Assembly: GCA_963813025.1 (NCBI GenBank)
Contig: CAWEXO010000005.1
Coordinates: 256,001-320,000, forward strand
Direction of reading: 5' to 3'
Length of the DNA stretch: 64,000 nt
From: an uncultured Verrucomicrobiae bacterium
GTDB lineage: Bacteria; Verrucomicrobiota; Verrucomicrobiia; Chthoniobacterales; JAFAMB01
In this document: positions 42,870-53,749 of the stretch, in pieces
Position numbering within the stretch: the first letter of the stretch is position 1
How the letters are laid out: every line of letters begins with the position of its first letter
Made by a program: the position numbers and the translations under genes
The notes under the pieces: model-generated
The model's database searches: none
The model's input: only the letters and a program-made list of their open reading frames with translations
Told to the model about the DNA's origin: nothing

Positions 42870-43877
42870 TCAACCCGCTTGCCCGCGGGTTCGCACTTTG
42901 TCAAGCAGGACCGCCAGGATGATCACCGCGCCCTTGATGACCAACTGCCAATAGAATGAGACGTTCATCAATGTGAGACCATTGTTCAGGACGGCGATGA
43001 TCAGGGCGCCGATCAGAGTTCCGAACACGGTGCCGATTCCGCCCGAAAAACTCGTTCCTCCAAGAATGACCGCAGCGATCGCGTCGAGTTCGTAACCGAT
43101 ACCAAGCTGACCTTGGGCGCTATAAAGCCGGCTGGCACTCATGACCCCAGCCAGACCAGAGAGAAACCCGCTCACCCCGTAAACAAAGATCAACACTAGC
43201 GCAACGGGAATCCCGGTCAGACGGGCTGCTTGCGGATTACCGCCCACGGCGTAGACATGGACCCCTAAAACGGTGTTGTGCAGAATGAAAGCGCTGGCCG
43301 CGATGACGAGTAACGCAATGACGACCAGCCAGGGGATCGGTCCGACATAGCCGTTGCCGATCCAGGCGAAGCTGATCTTGCTGTTGATTACCGTTGTTCC
43401 ATTGGCCGCCAGGTAAGCCGCTCCCCGGATCGCGGTATAGGTACCCAAGGTCACGATAAAAGGCGGCAGCGCGGCGTAGGCCACGGTTGCTCCGGTAGCC
43501 GCCCCGATGACGGTGCCAATCAGTAAGGCAACTGGCACGGCCGCCCAGCTGAAGGCCGGGATGAGAGACACCACCATCGCGATCACCGCCGTCAAAGCCA
43601 GGACCGAACCAACCGCCAAATCAATCCCACCGGTCAAAATGACAAAAGTCATTCCCGCAGCCAACACGATGTTGATCGATGCCTGCCGAATGACGTTAAT
43701 CAGGTTGTTCTCGGAAAGGAAATTTGGGGTGAGAAACGCGAAGAGGATACAAATGACGATCAGCACGGGCAACATGCCCGCGGTCTGGATCAGGGACCTG
43801 GTCAATTCCTTGCGCCGGGTGGCCTCCGCGGCCGGTTCGGGGACCGGGCTGGTCGAAGTGGATTCGGTGATGGCCAT
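42870..43877 (-). CDS. Sugar ABC transporter permease (RbsC-like)
   Basis: GMTFVILTGGIDL, YAVGGN..AARL.G, YELDAIAAV.LGG. Confidence 0.93.
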   Translation of the reverse strand: MAITESTSTSPVPEPAAEATRRKELTRSLIQTAGMLPVLIVICILFAFLTPNFLSENNLINVIRQASINIVLAAGMTFVILTGGIDLAVGSVLALTAVIAMVVSLIPAFSWAAVPVALLIGTVIGAATGATVAYAALPPFIVTLGTYTAIRGAAYLAANGTTVINSKISFAWIGNGYVGPIPWLVVIALLVIAASAFILHNTVLGVHVYAVGGNPQAARLTGIPVALVLIFVYGVSGFLSGLAGVMSASRLYSAQGQLGIGYELDAIAAVILGGTSFSGGIGTVFGTLIGALIIAVLNNGLTLMNVSFYWQLVIKGAVIILAVLLDKVRTRGQAG

Positions 43878-43879
43878 AG

Positions 43880-45441
43880 TTAGGGTACTGGGTCAGATCG
43901 GCTCTTCGTCACATCCGTTGCGAACTTCATGATATTCTGTTGGGTAATCTCAACCCCGGTGTCACCCCCGACTTCTCCAGTGATCTCGCCTTCCCGCATA
44001 ACCAGCACCCGATCACAAACCCCGACGATCTCCGGCAGCTCGCTGGAGATAAACAGGACGGCCATTCCCTGCTCAACCAGTTTCTTGATCAGGGTGTAGA
44101 TCTCCGATTTTGCCCCCGATGTCGACGCCGCGGGTTGGCTCGTCGAGCAAGAGTACTTTCGGATTGATCTCCAGCCAACGCGCCAACAGAAGCTTCTGCT
44201 GGTTGCCGCCAGACAGGCCTGCCGGCCGGCGCTTTAAGCGAGGCGGTGCGCACGCGCAACGCTTTCACCTCCGCACTCGGCTCGCTCCTTGAGCGCTGCC
44301 AAAATTGAGGACACCGGCCGCCGCACAATTTGACAAAATGTTCATGGTGATATTTTCCCCAGCGGACATCTGGAGGAAACACTCCCTGCAGCTTGCGATC
44401 TTCGGGCACGTAGCCGATCCCGGCCCGAATGGCGTCTTCCGGTCGATTTATCTGGAGTCGCTTGCCCTCGAGGTAGATTTCACCTTTTTTCCGCTTATCA
44501 GCACCGAAAATCAGCCGGGCAAGTTCCGTCCGGCCCGCGCCGACCAGGCCGGCCAAGCCGAGGACTTCACCCTGGCGCAGCTGGAAACTAGCCTCCTTGA
44601 CCCGTTTGCCGCCGTCGCTGATCCCGCGCACGTCCAGCACGGTCCGGCCGCCAACATGCTTTGTGTGCTTGTAAAAATCCTGGACCCGCCGGCCAACCAT
44701 CATCTCAATAATCTTCTCACCAGAAAACTCGGGGCGCTCGAGTTCGCCAACGTACTCACCGTCTCGGAAAACGGTGAGTCGATCGGCCAGCTCATAGACT
44801 TCGGCCATGCGATGGCTGATGTAGATTATGGCCAGACCTTCCGAACGCAGCTGGCGCACAACCTGGAACAATCGGTCGGTTTCACGGTCAGAGAGCGCTG
44901 CGGTCGGTTCGTCCATAACCAGGACCTTGCTTTTGTAAAACAAGGCTCGACCAATCTCCACCTGCTGCTGCTCAGCCACAGCCAGGTGGGCCGCTCGTTG
45001 GTTGGCCCGAAACCGCGCGCCGAGCCGATCCAGAACCGCTTGGGTCCGCCGTTCCATCGCGCCGGTATCTTTGATGAAACCTAAACGCTTGAGTTCGGAA
45101 CCCAGGAAGACGTTGCCGGCCACCGTCAGGTTGGGGGCAACCGTGAGTTCCTGATAAATGATCCCGATCCCGGCAGCGCGCGCCGCATGTGGTGTGTGGA
45201 AGTGTACTGGCTGCGCGTTGAGCAGGACCTCGCCGCCATCCGGACGGTAGGCGCCCGCCAGAATCTTCATCAAGGTACTTTTACCCGCCCCGTTTTCCCC
45301 CATCAGCGCGTGGACCTCCCCGGGAAAGACCCGAAGGTTCACGCCTTTGAGCGCCCGCACACCGGGAAAGCTCTTGGTCACCCCGCGAACTTCCAGGATC
45401 GGCTGACTCTTATTTAGTCCATCCTTTGTACTGACCGACAT
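43880..45441 (-). pseudogene. Sugar ABC transporter ATPase (RbsA-like); frameshifts in the 3' part (possibly sequencing errors)
   Basis: [27 protein letters not shown]. Confidence 0.9.
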
Positions 45442-46369
45442 TGTCTTTGGTGATCAATTCAACCGGGATCAATGTGAGCGCTTGTTCGGGTTTTTTGCCG
45501 TTTATGATGTCATTGCCGATCTCCACCGCCTTCTGAGCCATGGAAAACGGGTCCTGGGCCGCGCTGGCCGCAATCAAACTCTTCGGATCTTTCAACGCCG
45601 GCACAATGTCGGGCGCGCCGTCGACACCGACGATGAAGAATTCCTTGCGTTGCGCCTGCGTAGCAGCTAGGTCGCAACCAATCGCCGTCGGATCGTTGAT
45701 GGCGAAGACCGCGTCGATTTTCTTGAAGGCCGTCAGCAAGTCGGTCATAACGCGCAGACCGCCGTCTCGGCTGCCCCCGGCGTTCTGATCTTGAGAGAGA
45801 ATCTTGATGTCCGGGTATTTTTTAATTTCCTCCAGGAAGCCAGCGACGCGATCGGTAACGGCCGTCACGGGAGGTCCATTGACAATAACCACCTGACCTT
45901 TGCCTTTGATTCGATCGGCCACATATTTTCCATCAAGCTCGCCGGCTTGCTTGTTGTTCGAGGTGACGGTCGCATCGACTCCACCCTCGGCGCCCACATC
46001 CACTGCCACAACGGTAATGCCGGCCTGCTTCGCGCGCAAAACGGCTGGCGCGATGCCCTTGCTGTCCGCGGCGTTGAGCAGGATCAGACTCACATTGGAA
46101 GAAATAAAGTTATCAATCTGATTGGTCTGATTGTTAACGTCGTAGTTACTCGATAACGCGTTGAATTTGACTTGTGGATTGATTTGCTTGGCCTTGGCTT
46201 CAGCGCCATGGGCAATCTGCACAAAAAATGGGTTTCCCAGATCGCCGACGGTTACGGCAACGGAGTTTAGTTTTTTGCTTTGCGCGATGCCCGGACTACT
46301 TGTAGCCGCGGCCAGGCAAAGACCAAAGGCAGCTCGGAATCCAATCCGCGAGATAATGGATTTAATCAT
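45410..46369 (-). CDS. Sugar ABC transporter substrate-binding protein (RbsB-like)
   Basis: Signal peptide, NPFF, R..GF, ND..A.G, GVDG. Confidence 0.93.
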   Translation of the reverse strand: MIKSIISRIGFRAAFGLCLAAATSSPGIAQSKKLNSVAVTVGDLGNPFFVQIAHGAEAKAKQINPQVKFNALSSNYDVNNQTNQIDNFISSNVSLILLNAADSKGIAPAVLRAKQAGITVVAVDVGAEGGVDATVTSNNKQAGELDGKYVADRIKGKGQVVIVNGPPVTAVTDRVAGFLEEIKKYPDIKILSQDQNAGGSRDGGLRVMTDLLTAFKKIDAVFAINDPTAIGCDLAATQAQRKEFFIVGVDGAPDIVPALKDPKSLIAASAAQDPFSMAQKAVEIGNDIINGKKPEQALTLIPVELITKDNVGQYKGWTK

Positions 46370-46642
46370 GTTGGGGGATTTCAGCCCCTCATGTTAGAGC
46401 ACGCGGAGTAAGAGTAAAGCCTCGCCCGCTCGGGCTTAACATTTTTTTGCTCGACACGCCGGGTCGCCGATCGGGAGTCGCCGGGCGGCGCGCGATAGGC
46501 GCGATAGTTTTCCGGCGCCTGGCTGCCGGATTCAAAGTTTTTCTGATCGACTCCTCGATGATTTTTCATGATAATCAAGGGTTTCAATGGCCCTCTCGCT
46601 TCCCTTGACTCGCCGCCGGGCCACTACTATTCTCGCCGATTT

Positions 46643-47845
46643 ATGAAGAAGACGCTGCGGTTTGTTCTCCCGCTGACGGTGATCGCCCTCTTTGCCTTCC
46701 CTGCACGCTCTCCGGCCCCGATCATTTATCGCGAAGGCGAAGGTTTTCTGCCGGGCGAGCTCGAGGACATCGAGATTAAGAAAAACGCCGAAGAACAGTT
46801 CAATTTGGCTGAGCGCTACGCCGAGGCTGGAGATTACAAACATGCGGGAGCGTCATATCGTCTCGTCGTGCGCCGGTTCCCTCGAGCCGATCTGGCGGCT
46901 ACCGCCCAATTCAAGTCAGGTGAGATGTATGAGCGCCAAGGGGATCTCGAACACGCTTTCAGCGAGTTTCAGAGTCTCGTCGAAAAATATCCGCGAAGTC
47001 CGGATTTTGAGCGCGCACTCGAGGCGCAGTATGACATCGGGAAAGCTTATCTTGATGGGAAGCGGGTAAAGTTTTACGGCGTACCGACTTTGCCCTCCAT
47101 GGAGCGTGCCTCGACCTTGTTTTCCAAGATCGTCCACAACGCGCCTTATAGTAAAATTGCTCCTCTCGCCCAGTTCGGGATCGGGCAGGCTTTAGAGAAG
47201 GGCGGAGCGATTCAGGCTGCGGTCACGGCTTATCAGCAGGTGGTCGACCGTTACCCCAACAGCGATGTGGCTGATGATGCGATGTACCAGATCGGCTACG
47301 TCTACTTCGAGTCCAGCCGCGCCACGGGTTACGATGAGACAGCCGCGGTTCGCGCGCAGGAAGCATTTGAGGATTTTCTCCTGAAATATCCAAACAGCGA
47401 AAAGGTCGCCCAGGCGAAGGATAACTTGAAAACACTGCAGGGCCGGAAGAGCACGAACGCGTACGACATTGCCCGGTTCTATGATAAGCAAAGGAACTTT
47501 AAGGCAGCCTACGTCTACTACAACGAAGTACTGGCACAACAACCTGACTCTCCGGAAGCGACCCGAGCGAAACACCGCATGGATCAGATCCGGTCGAAGC
47601 TCGGAGACGACGCGCTGAGAATCGGGACATCGACTCCCAGTGTGGCGGCCGCGGGTCAGCAAAAGTTGCAAGCACAAGTGGACACGCCGTCCCGACCCGA
47701 TTTCGTCGGGCCGCCGGCGCCGACTCCTTCGCCTTCTCCGAAGGGCGATCAGACCGCGCCCGGGCAGACTGCTCCCGAGCAAAAACCCCTCCGAACTCCG
47801 CCTCCAAATGCCGCTCCGGTTGAGCCGGCTCTTCCGGCCCAGTGA
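46643..47845 (+). CDS. bamD: Outer membrane assembly factor BamD
   Basis: TPR repeats (YP.S), APYS, A..IARFY...AA.VYY; upstream of lptE. Confidence 0.85.
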   Translation: MKKTLRFVLPLTVIALFAFPARSPAPIIYREGEGFLPGELEDIEIKKNAEEQFNLAERYAEAGDYKHAGASYRLVVRRFPRADLAATAQFKSGEMYERQGDLEHAFSEFQSLVEKYPRSPDFERALEAQYDIGKAYLDGKRVKFYGVPTLPSMERASTLFSKIVHNAPYSKIAPLAQFGIGQALEKGGAIQAAVTAYQQVVDRYPNSDVADDAMYQIGYVYFESSRATGYDETAAVRAQEAFEDFLLKYPNSEKVAQAKDNLKTLQGRKSTNAYDIARFYDKQRNFKAAYVYYNEVLAQQPDSPEATRAKHRMDQIRSKLGDDALRIGTSTPSVAAAGQQKLQAQVDTPSRPDFVGPPAPTPSPSPKGDQTAPGQTAPEQKPLRTPPPNAAPVEPALPAQ

Positions 47846-47857
47846 TCACGGCGACCG

Positions 47858-48364
47858 ATGGGCCAGCTACGCTTTCTGGTATTTGCCGCTTTCGTATTTT
47901 CCGGCTGCGCGGGTTACACCGTTGGACCGATCCAGCCGACTTTCATGAAGGGCATCCACCGAATCGCCGTTCCGATCTTTGAAAACAGGACGGTGGAGCC
48001 GGATATTGACGCCCTGGCGACCACCACTGTGATTAAGCAGCTCCAGCAGGACGGCACTTACGAAATTGTCGGCCTCGACCAGGCCGACGCGGAACTCAAA
48101 GGAGAGATTCTCGACGTGAACCGGGCCAAGGCTCGATCGGTGGTCGGTAACATTTTGGCGTCAGCAGAGTTCAATTTGGCTGTTAAAATTCGTTTCTCAG
48201 TGGTGAATCCGCAAAGCGGTGCCCTGCTTGGCACCCGCGAGATCCAAGGCGCCAGCCGGTATTTCGTGGGCAACGATGTTCAAACCCAGGAACATCAGGC
48301 CATTCCGCTCGCGGTGGAGGATGCCGCCGTTCAGGTCGCCAGCTTTTTATCGGAAGGATGGTAA
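47858..48364 (+). CDS. lptE: LPS assembly lipoprotein LptE
   Basis: Lipobox FSGC.GY, IAVP.FEN.T, C-terminal EGW. Confidence 0.8.
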   Translation: MGQLRFLVFAAFVFSGCAGYTVGPIQPTFMKGIHRIAVPIFENRTVEPDIDALATTTVIKQLQQDGTYEIVGLDQADAELKGEILDVNRAKARSVVGNILASAEFNLAVKIRFSVVNPQSGALLGTREIQGASRYFVGNDVQTQEHQAIPLAVEDAAVQVASFLSEGW

Positions 48365-48374
48365 AACACCGCCT

Positions 48375-49085
48375 GTGCTCTTCGTTGTCGGCTCACCGAT
48401 CGGGAATCTTGGCGATATCACCTTTCGCGCTATCGAAACCCTCAGATCCGTCGATCTGATCGCCTGTGAAGATACGAGACATTCGTCGATCTTGTTATCG
48501 CGTTATGAGATTCGCAAGCCCCTCGTCTCTTTTCATGAACACAACGAAGCCCGGCGGACAGCCGAACTTTTACCAAGGCTGGTTGGCGGCGCCAAAGTTG
48601 CTCTTTTGACCGACGCGGGCACCCCGGGGATTTCCGATCCGGGCTTTCGTCTGGTGTGCGCCTGTCGAGAAGCGAATCTGCCAGTGACCATTCTCCCAGG
48701 GCCTTCGGCGGTTCTGACGGCGCTCGTGGGCTCCGGTCTGGCGAGCTCGGCGTTTTATTTCGGCGGCTTCTTACCGATCAAAAGTGGGCAGCGCCAGCGG
48801 GAACTCCAATCAGCGCTCGACCGATCGTGCACGTCCGTATATTTTGAATCGCCCAATCGCCTGGTCCGGTCCCTTGGGGTCCTTCAGGAGCTGGCCCCCT
48901 TTCGGTTGATTTGCGTCGCTCGCGAGATGACAAAACACTTCGAGGAGTTCTACCGAGGCACCACGAAGGAAGTACTGCAACGTTTCCAATCGGGGCCGAC
49001 CCGTGGCGAAATCACCCTGGTGATTGCGCCTGCCGCGAAAAAGAAGCCACAGCCTGCGTCCCTCACAAATCGAGGGATTTGCTGA
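48375..49085 (+). CDS. rsmI: 16S rRNA C1402 2'-O-methyltransferase
   Basis: PIGNLGDIT.RA, CEDTR, DAGTPGISDPG, FESP.R, REMTK.FEE. Confidence 0.95.
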   Translation: MLFVVGSPIGNLGDITFRAIETLRSVDLIACEDTRHSSILLSRYEIRKPLVSFHEHNEARRTAELLPRLVGGAKVALLTDAGTPGISDPGFRLVCACREANLPVTILPGPSAVLTALVGSGLASSAFYFGGFLPIKSGQRQRELQSALDRSCTSVYFESPNRLVRSLGVLQELAPFRLICVAREMTKHFEEFYRGTTKEVLQRFQSGPTRGEITLVIAPAAKKKPQPASLTNRGIC

Positions 49086-49105
49086 GCTCGGCCGGCTTAT
49101 ACCCT

Positions 49106-50281
49106 GTGTCGACTAGTTTTCTTAGCCGAATCGAGTGCTCAGCCTGTAAGCGCAGCTATCCGATTGACCGCCTGATCAACACCTGCCCGGCCTGCGACAG
49201 GCCGCTCTGTTGCCGGTATGATCTGAAGGCAATCCAAGAGAAAGTCTCCCGGAATATCTTCCGTCACCGAGAGGCCAGCCTCTGGCGTTACCGCGAGCTG
49301 TTGCCATTGCCGTTCGCCAGTGAACCAGTGTCGCTTGGCGAAGGTTGGACACCTCTGCTTCCCGCGGCGCGTCTCGGAAAGCTGCTTGGTCTCACCCGTC
49401 TCTGGATCAAAGACGAATCGCAAAATCCTACCGGCAGTTTCAAGGCTCGCGGGATGGCGGTAGCGGTAAGCATGGCGCGCCAGCTCGGTGCTCGAAAGCT
49501 GGTTGCACCATCCGCCGGCAACGCCGGAGGGGCCCTGGCCGCCTACGCCGCTTGCGCAGGGCTGGACGCCTATTTGTTCATGCCTGACGACACACCGCGG
49601 GCAAACGTTGTCGAAAGCGAGACGGCCGGAGCGCATGTGACTTTGATCCACGGGCTGATTACCGATTGCGGGGCTGAGATCCTTCGTCAGAACCGAACCG
49701 ATTGGTTTGATCTGTCGACTTTGAAGGAACCTTACCGCTTAGAAGGCAAGAAGACGCTCGGATATGAGCTGGCCGAACAACTGGGCTGGCGCTTGCCGGA
49801 TGTCATTGTTTATCCGACCGGAGGCGGCACTGGGCTCATTGGGATGTGGAAGGCTTTCGCTGAGTTGGAAGATCTCGGCTGGATCAGCAGCCAACGGCCC
49901 CGCATGGTCGCAGTCCAGGCAACCGGGTGCCAACCGATTGTTCGGGCCTTCAACGCGAGCAAGCGCTTTGCGGAAGAGCATCGCCAGGCTTCGACCGTCG
50001 CGTCTGGATTGCGGGTCCCCAAAGCAATTGGTGATTTTTTGATTCTTGACGCAGTGCGAGCGTCGGGCGGAATCGCGATCGCTGTCGAGGACGTTGCGAT
50101 GATGCGCGCTTCCCGTTTGCTTGGACAAACCGAGGGTTTATTCGTCGCGCCGGAAACCGGAGCCTGCGTCGCCGCCTTAGAAACGTTGACGAAAACCGGA
50201 TTCCTCCGAGAGACGGACGAGGTAGTCGTCTTCAACACCGGGACAGGCATGAAGTATCTGGAAGCGTTCGCGCGCATTTAA
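49106..50281 (+). CDS. thrC: Threonine synthase-family PLP enzyme
   Basis: SLGEG.TPL, NPTGSFKARG, SAGNAG, EGKKT, PTGGG. Confidence 0.88.
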   Translation: MSTSFLSRIECSACKRSYPIDRLINTCPACDRPLCCRYDLKAIQEKVSRNIFRHREASLWRYRELLPLPFASEPVSLGEGWTPLLPAARLGKLLGLTRLWIKDESQNPTGSFKARGMAVAVSMARQLGARKLVAPSAGNAGGALAAYAACAGLDAYLFMPDDTPRANVVESETAGAHVTLIHGLITDCGAEILRQNRTDWFDLSTLKEPYRLEGKKTLGYELAEQLGWRLPDVIVYPTGGGTGLIGMWKAFAELEDLGWISSQRPRMVAVQATGCQPIVRAFNASKRFAEEHRQASTVASGLRVPKAIGDFLILDAVRASGGIAIAVEDVAMMRASRLLGQTEGLFVAPETGACVAALETLTKTGFLRETDEVVVFNTGTGMKYLEAFARI

Positions 50282-50360
50282 GAGTCTTCAGAAAAGCAGC
50301 CGAACTTTTCGGCGTAGGCGAAGAATTCCGGTGCCACAGCCTGCATCGCGCGCAGATCCC

Positions 50361-50834
50361 CTAAGGATTTGCGCGTGATGCAGGCTCCTGTTTGGAGACG
50401 GTTGCCTGAACTTGAATCTGGCGATTCCCAGGTTCGATCATCAGCGTTAACGGCACCGACTCACCAGGTTTCAGCTCTCTTTTCAGACCCATGATCATGA
50501 GGTGATTACCACCGGGCGCCAAAACCAGGGCTCCGCCGGCCGGCACCTCCAAAGCCGAGGTGTTCTCCATCCCCATCATGGCATGGCTGCCAGCTCCTTT
50601 GGCGGTAGTCACCATCGGATGCACCATCGCTGCGACCGGTGTACTCGCTCCCACCAGACGGAGTGGGGTTTTACCCGAGTTAGTCAGCGTCATAAAGGCG
50701 GCCGTATCCGAAACTGTCGGAGGCACCGCCTGAATCCATATCCGGTGGATTGCCAATGGCGTCTCCTGCCCGGACAGAGCAGCCGAAAGCGCTAAGACAA
50801 GCACCGCCAAGCAAGAGACAACGCGCTTATTCAT
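50361..50834 (-). CDS. Copper chaperone PCu(A)C
   Basis: Signal peptide, TAAFM.L.N, H...M.M, L.PGG.HLM. Confidence 0.9.
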   Translation of the reverse strand: MNKRVVSCLAVLVLALSAALSGQETPLAIHRIWIQAVPPTVSDTAAFMTLTNSGKTPLRLVGASTPVAAMVHPMVTTAKGAGSHAMMGMENTSALEVPAGGALVLAPGGNHLMIMGLKRELKPGESVPLTLMIEPGNRQIQVQATVSKQEPASRANP

Positions 50835-50988
50835 GACATCATAGGTCCTATGGCTCCGAGGGACCGATATGCCGGTGTCGCCGCGAAAAAAGTGGCGCAG
50901 GCTTCCCGGCCTTCTCCTCCGTTGTCTCGCCCTCATAAGGCATAAGCAGAAGAGCGCATTTTGCAACGTGTTCCAACTGGCCTGTTGC

Positions 50989-51240
50989 CGGTAGGGCGAT
51001 CCGCCGTGGCGGACCAGCGCCAGGCGAGAACTTGTTTGAGCCCTCTGGCGCAGCATATCCCGCGTTCCGGCTCGAACGAGTCTTCGCCGAAGGCTCAGAT
51101 AAAGAGGCTGTCTCGCAACATCACGCTAGTCCACGACTGGTAGGGCGAAAATTTATCCGAGCTTTAGCGAGGACTCGTTTGAGCCGTCTTGGACGGTGGC
51201 AACTCCCGGCGTCCGGCTCAAACAAGTTTTCGCCCTACCG
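50989..51240. repeat. REP/REPIN-like cluster
   Basis: Two GGTAGGGCG starts and a CGCCCTACC end; shares GGCTCAAACAAGTT with about 42698. Confidence 0.75.
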
Positions 51241-51264
51241 ATCTAGGGCGTTGCGAGACAATCC

Positions 51265-51738
51265 CTAAATTCGCTTCTCAAAACAGGCGCTTACCGGGTT
51301 GTCGACGTATTCACCGTATTTTGGGATCCGATAGAAGCCGGAGCTGCCAAAAAGTGCCATTGCCTCCGGCTGCCGAATACCGGTCTCCAACCGGATGCTG
51401 TCGTAGTCGTATTCACGAGCAAGCGCTTCCAGCTTTTCCAGAATTTTGGTTGCCACCCCCCGGCCGCGGGCCTCCGGTCGGACGAAGAGCCTTTTGACTT
51501 CGGCCGCATGCTCATCGAAAGCTCGCAGAGCGCCACAACCAACCGCCCGCGCCTCCGACCGCGCGACAACAAATGCCGATCTGGGCCGCTGCACTTCTTC
51601 CGGGCGAAAATTGGCGTACCCGTCGTTACTAAAATCTGTATACCGACGCTTTAGATCGTCGGCAAACTCCGCGAAAAGCTCTTGAGCGTCTGGGGACGTC
51701 GGACTCTCGACCTTAATTTCGATGACAGTTTCGATCAT
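51265..51738 (-). CDS. GNAT acetyltransferase
   Basis: EVKRLFV..EARGRG, LETG.RQPEA. Confidence 0.9.
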   Translation of the reverse strand: MIETVIEIKVESPTSPDAQELFAEFADDLKRRYTDFSNDGYANFRPEEVQRPRSAFVVARSEARAVGCGALRAFDEHAAEVKRLFVRPEARGRGVATKILEKLEALAREYDYDSIRLETGIRQPEAMALFGSSGFYRIPKYGEYVDNPVSACFEKRI

Positions 51739-51828
51739 AAGAAATCAGCATTTAACAAACACCATGCTCGGTTCGCGATGCAAACTCGTCAAGAATTGCT
51801 AGCGAGGCCGCGCCTCAGACCGACCGGA

Positions 51829-52764
51829 TCAGCCATGGTGATTAGCCGTTGTTTGGGCTAAATCGGTCAGCAACAAGCGGAGTTCCGCCGGCTCAACAAC
51901 CGTTAAGCGATTTCCATAGGAGAGGAACCAGCCAAGATACCATTCCCAGTTTCCGCCTTCGATCTCGAAGAGGATAGTTTGCTGCTGGCGTTCTTCCTTC
52001 CTTATCTTGAAAGGCGCTTCTTTCCGAAAACGCTCCGCGGTGACGGCGTCCACGCGAATCGTCCCGGTGAGGCGGATGCGGGGATCGTCCCACCGTTCCA
52101 GGAAAGCTGTGAGTGAAAAATCGTCATGCGGTGCGAACTGTTCGGCGAGAGGAGCAATCGCGCGGATGCGGTCGGTTCGGAAATCGCGGTAATCCCTCCG
52201 GGAGCGACACCACGCGATCAGGTGCCACCGGTCCCCGTAATAAGTGAGACCCAAGGGCTCGATCTCCCGCGATGCCGCCTCCGCCGCGCCGGAACCTCGG
52301 TAAGCGATGCGCAGAACAGTCCGGTTAGCTAAAGCGCTTTGGATAAAGAACAGGTTCCCCGGTTGATTCTCCGGCGGCGCATTCGGCAACGACATTCTGC
52401 TCTGCAGACGCGCAATGTGGTCCTGGTGATCCGGCGAAAGAACGGCTCGAATTTTATCCAACGCGGAAGCCATGGGAGGAGCCAGCGAGCGGTCGCCAAA
52501 GCGATCCAGCAACAGGCCCGCAGTGATCAAGGCACTCGCTTCGGCATTGGTAAAATGCACAGGTGGAAGATGGTAACCTTTTAGAATACTGTAACCGACA
52601 CCGGCTTCGCCGAGGATCGGCACCCCGGCTTCGCCGAGAGCGGCGACATCGCGATAGACGGTGCGAACGCTAATAGCAAATTCATCGGCGATCTCCTCCG
52701 CTCGAGTCACCCTGCGACCTTGCAGGTAGATCAGGATAGCGACGAGTCGATCGATCCGGTTCAT
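51829..52764 (-). CDS. YafY-type HTH-WYL transcriptional regulator
   Basis: MNRIDRL, SVRTVYRD, R.IEP.GL, WHLIAWC..R.DYR.FR.DRI. Confidence 0.93.
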   Translation of the reverse strand: MNRIDRLVAILIYLQGRRVTRAEEIADEFAISVRTVYRDVAALGEAGVPILGEAGVGYSILKGYHLPPVHFTNAEASALITAGLLLDRFGDRSLAPPMASALDKIRAVLSPDHQDHIARLQSRMSLPNAPPENQPGNLFFIQSALANRTVLRIAYRGSGAAEAASREIEPLGLTYYGDRWHLIAWCRSRRDYRDFRTDRIRAIAPLAEQFAPHDDFSLTAFLERWDDPRIRLTGTIRVDAVTAERFRKEAPFKIRKEERQQQTILFEIEGGNWEWYLGWFLSYGNRLTVVEPAELRLLLTDLAQTTANHHG

Positions 52765-53258
52765 TGGCTATAGCTCACGCACGCCGGCTGGTCGGAGGAC
52801 CGGCCGTTCATCGGTGAATTATAGATGAAATTGCTGCCGATGGACAACCCTCGTTCGACGACGCCGGAGCGCTCGTTCGCTGCGGATCGTCTCACGTGAT
52901 TACGGTAATCAGGTAAGCTGAAAACCAGCAGAAGCAACGACCCCAGGACCGCGGCCGAGATCAGCAGATTGACGGAGTCTTCCAGAAAATCAGTTTGGCG
53001 CGCCGACTTCCTGCGTTCAGCATCCGCGCTGCGGCATTCCCGCACCAGATCGCTGGGCCGGACAGGTTCGTGAATTTCCGCGAACCAATGACCGCGCAGT
53101 GCGGAGAAACCAAGGAGGCAAGGAGACGGAGCGGCCGCCGGTTCTTGCTCCAACTCGGCGCTGAATAAACTTTCAGATCTGCAGTGATGGTTCATGTTGA
53201 TTTCCTCTCTTTCGACGTTTGAGAAACAGCTGATTGGACGGCATTCGGATCGGTTCAT
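52761..53258 (-). CDS. Hypothetical protein with one hydrophobic segment, translationally coupled to the WYL gene
   Basis: ATGA overlap at 52761-52764; LLISAAVLGSLLLLVF. Confidence 0.5.
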   Translation of the reverse strand: MNRSECRPISCFSNVEREEINMNHHCRSESLFSAELEQEPAAAPSPCLLGFSALRGHWFAEIHEPVRPSDLVRECRSADAERRKSARQTDFLEDSVNLLISAAVLGSLLLLVFSLPDYRNHVRRSAANERSGVVERGLSIGSNFIYNSPMNGRSSDQPACVSYSQ

Positions 53259-53281
53259 GGGCCGAGAGTAAACGAAGGGGT

Positions 53282-53297
53282 TGACAGCCCTATGTCA
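53282..53297. promoter_or_regulatory. TGACA-N6-TGTCA palindrome; candidate operator of the WYL regulator
   Basis: TGACAGCCCTATGTCA lies about 25 bp upstream of the operon start. Confidence 0.6.
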
Positions 53298-53405
53298 GGA
53301 GAGTTGCGGACGGCTTGTCGCCGCCGCGAGCAAGGTGCAAGGAGCTAGAATATAGGATCTAGAATACAGGACTGGGTCATATGGGCAATTTGCTGCCCCC
53401 GGTCC

Positions 53406-53714
53406 TAGTGCGCCGTCTCATACATAACGATGACGTCCCGCAGGTCAGTTGGCTTTTTTTCAAGGCGGTCCGAGCCGGACTGGCAGTAGAAGCGTCCATA
53501 TCTGGATTCATACGGATCGAGCGAGCAACGCCGAAAACAGCCAACTGGCCGCGGCCCAAAGGGTTGCGTTGAAAACGGGCCGGCGGCGGCGTTGCTCCTC
53601 GGTCACGTATCGCTTCAGATATGCTTCCTCCTACTGCCAGTCCGGCTCGGACCGCCTTGCCGGCGGCCCATTTGAACGCAACGACATCATCGGTATATAT
53701 GAGACGGTGCACTA
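53406..53714. mobile_element. 309-bp palindromic MITE-like element with CTAG ends
   Basis: 32-bp imperfect terminal IR starting TAGTGC; perfect 29-bp inner IR 53461-53489/53631-53659. Confidence 0.75.
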
Positions 53715-53749
53715 GCTCCTGGATTCTAAATCCTGGATCCTAGCTCCGC

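Noticed and set aside
53377..53715. ORFs on both strands
   Set aside because: They coincide with the palindromic element, and the two strands give similar peptides because of the symmetry.
53343..53746. Degenerate 7-mer repeats flanking the MITE (similar at about 25955)
   Set aside because: Too short and degenerate to assign a function.
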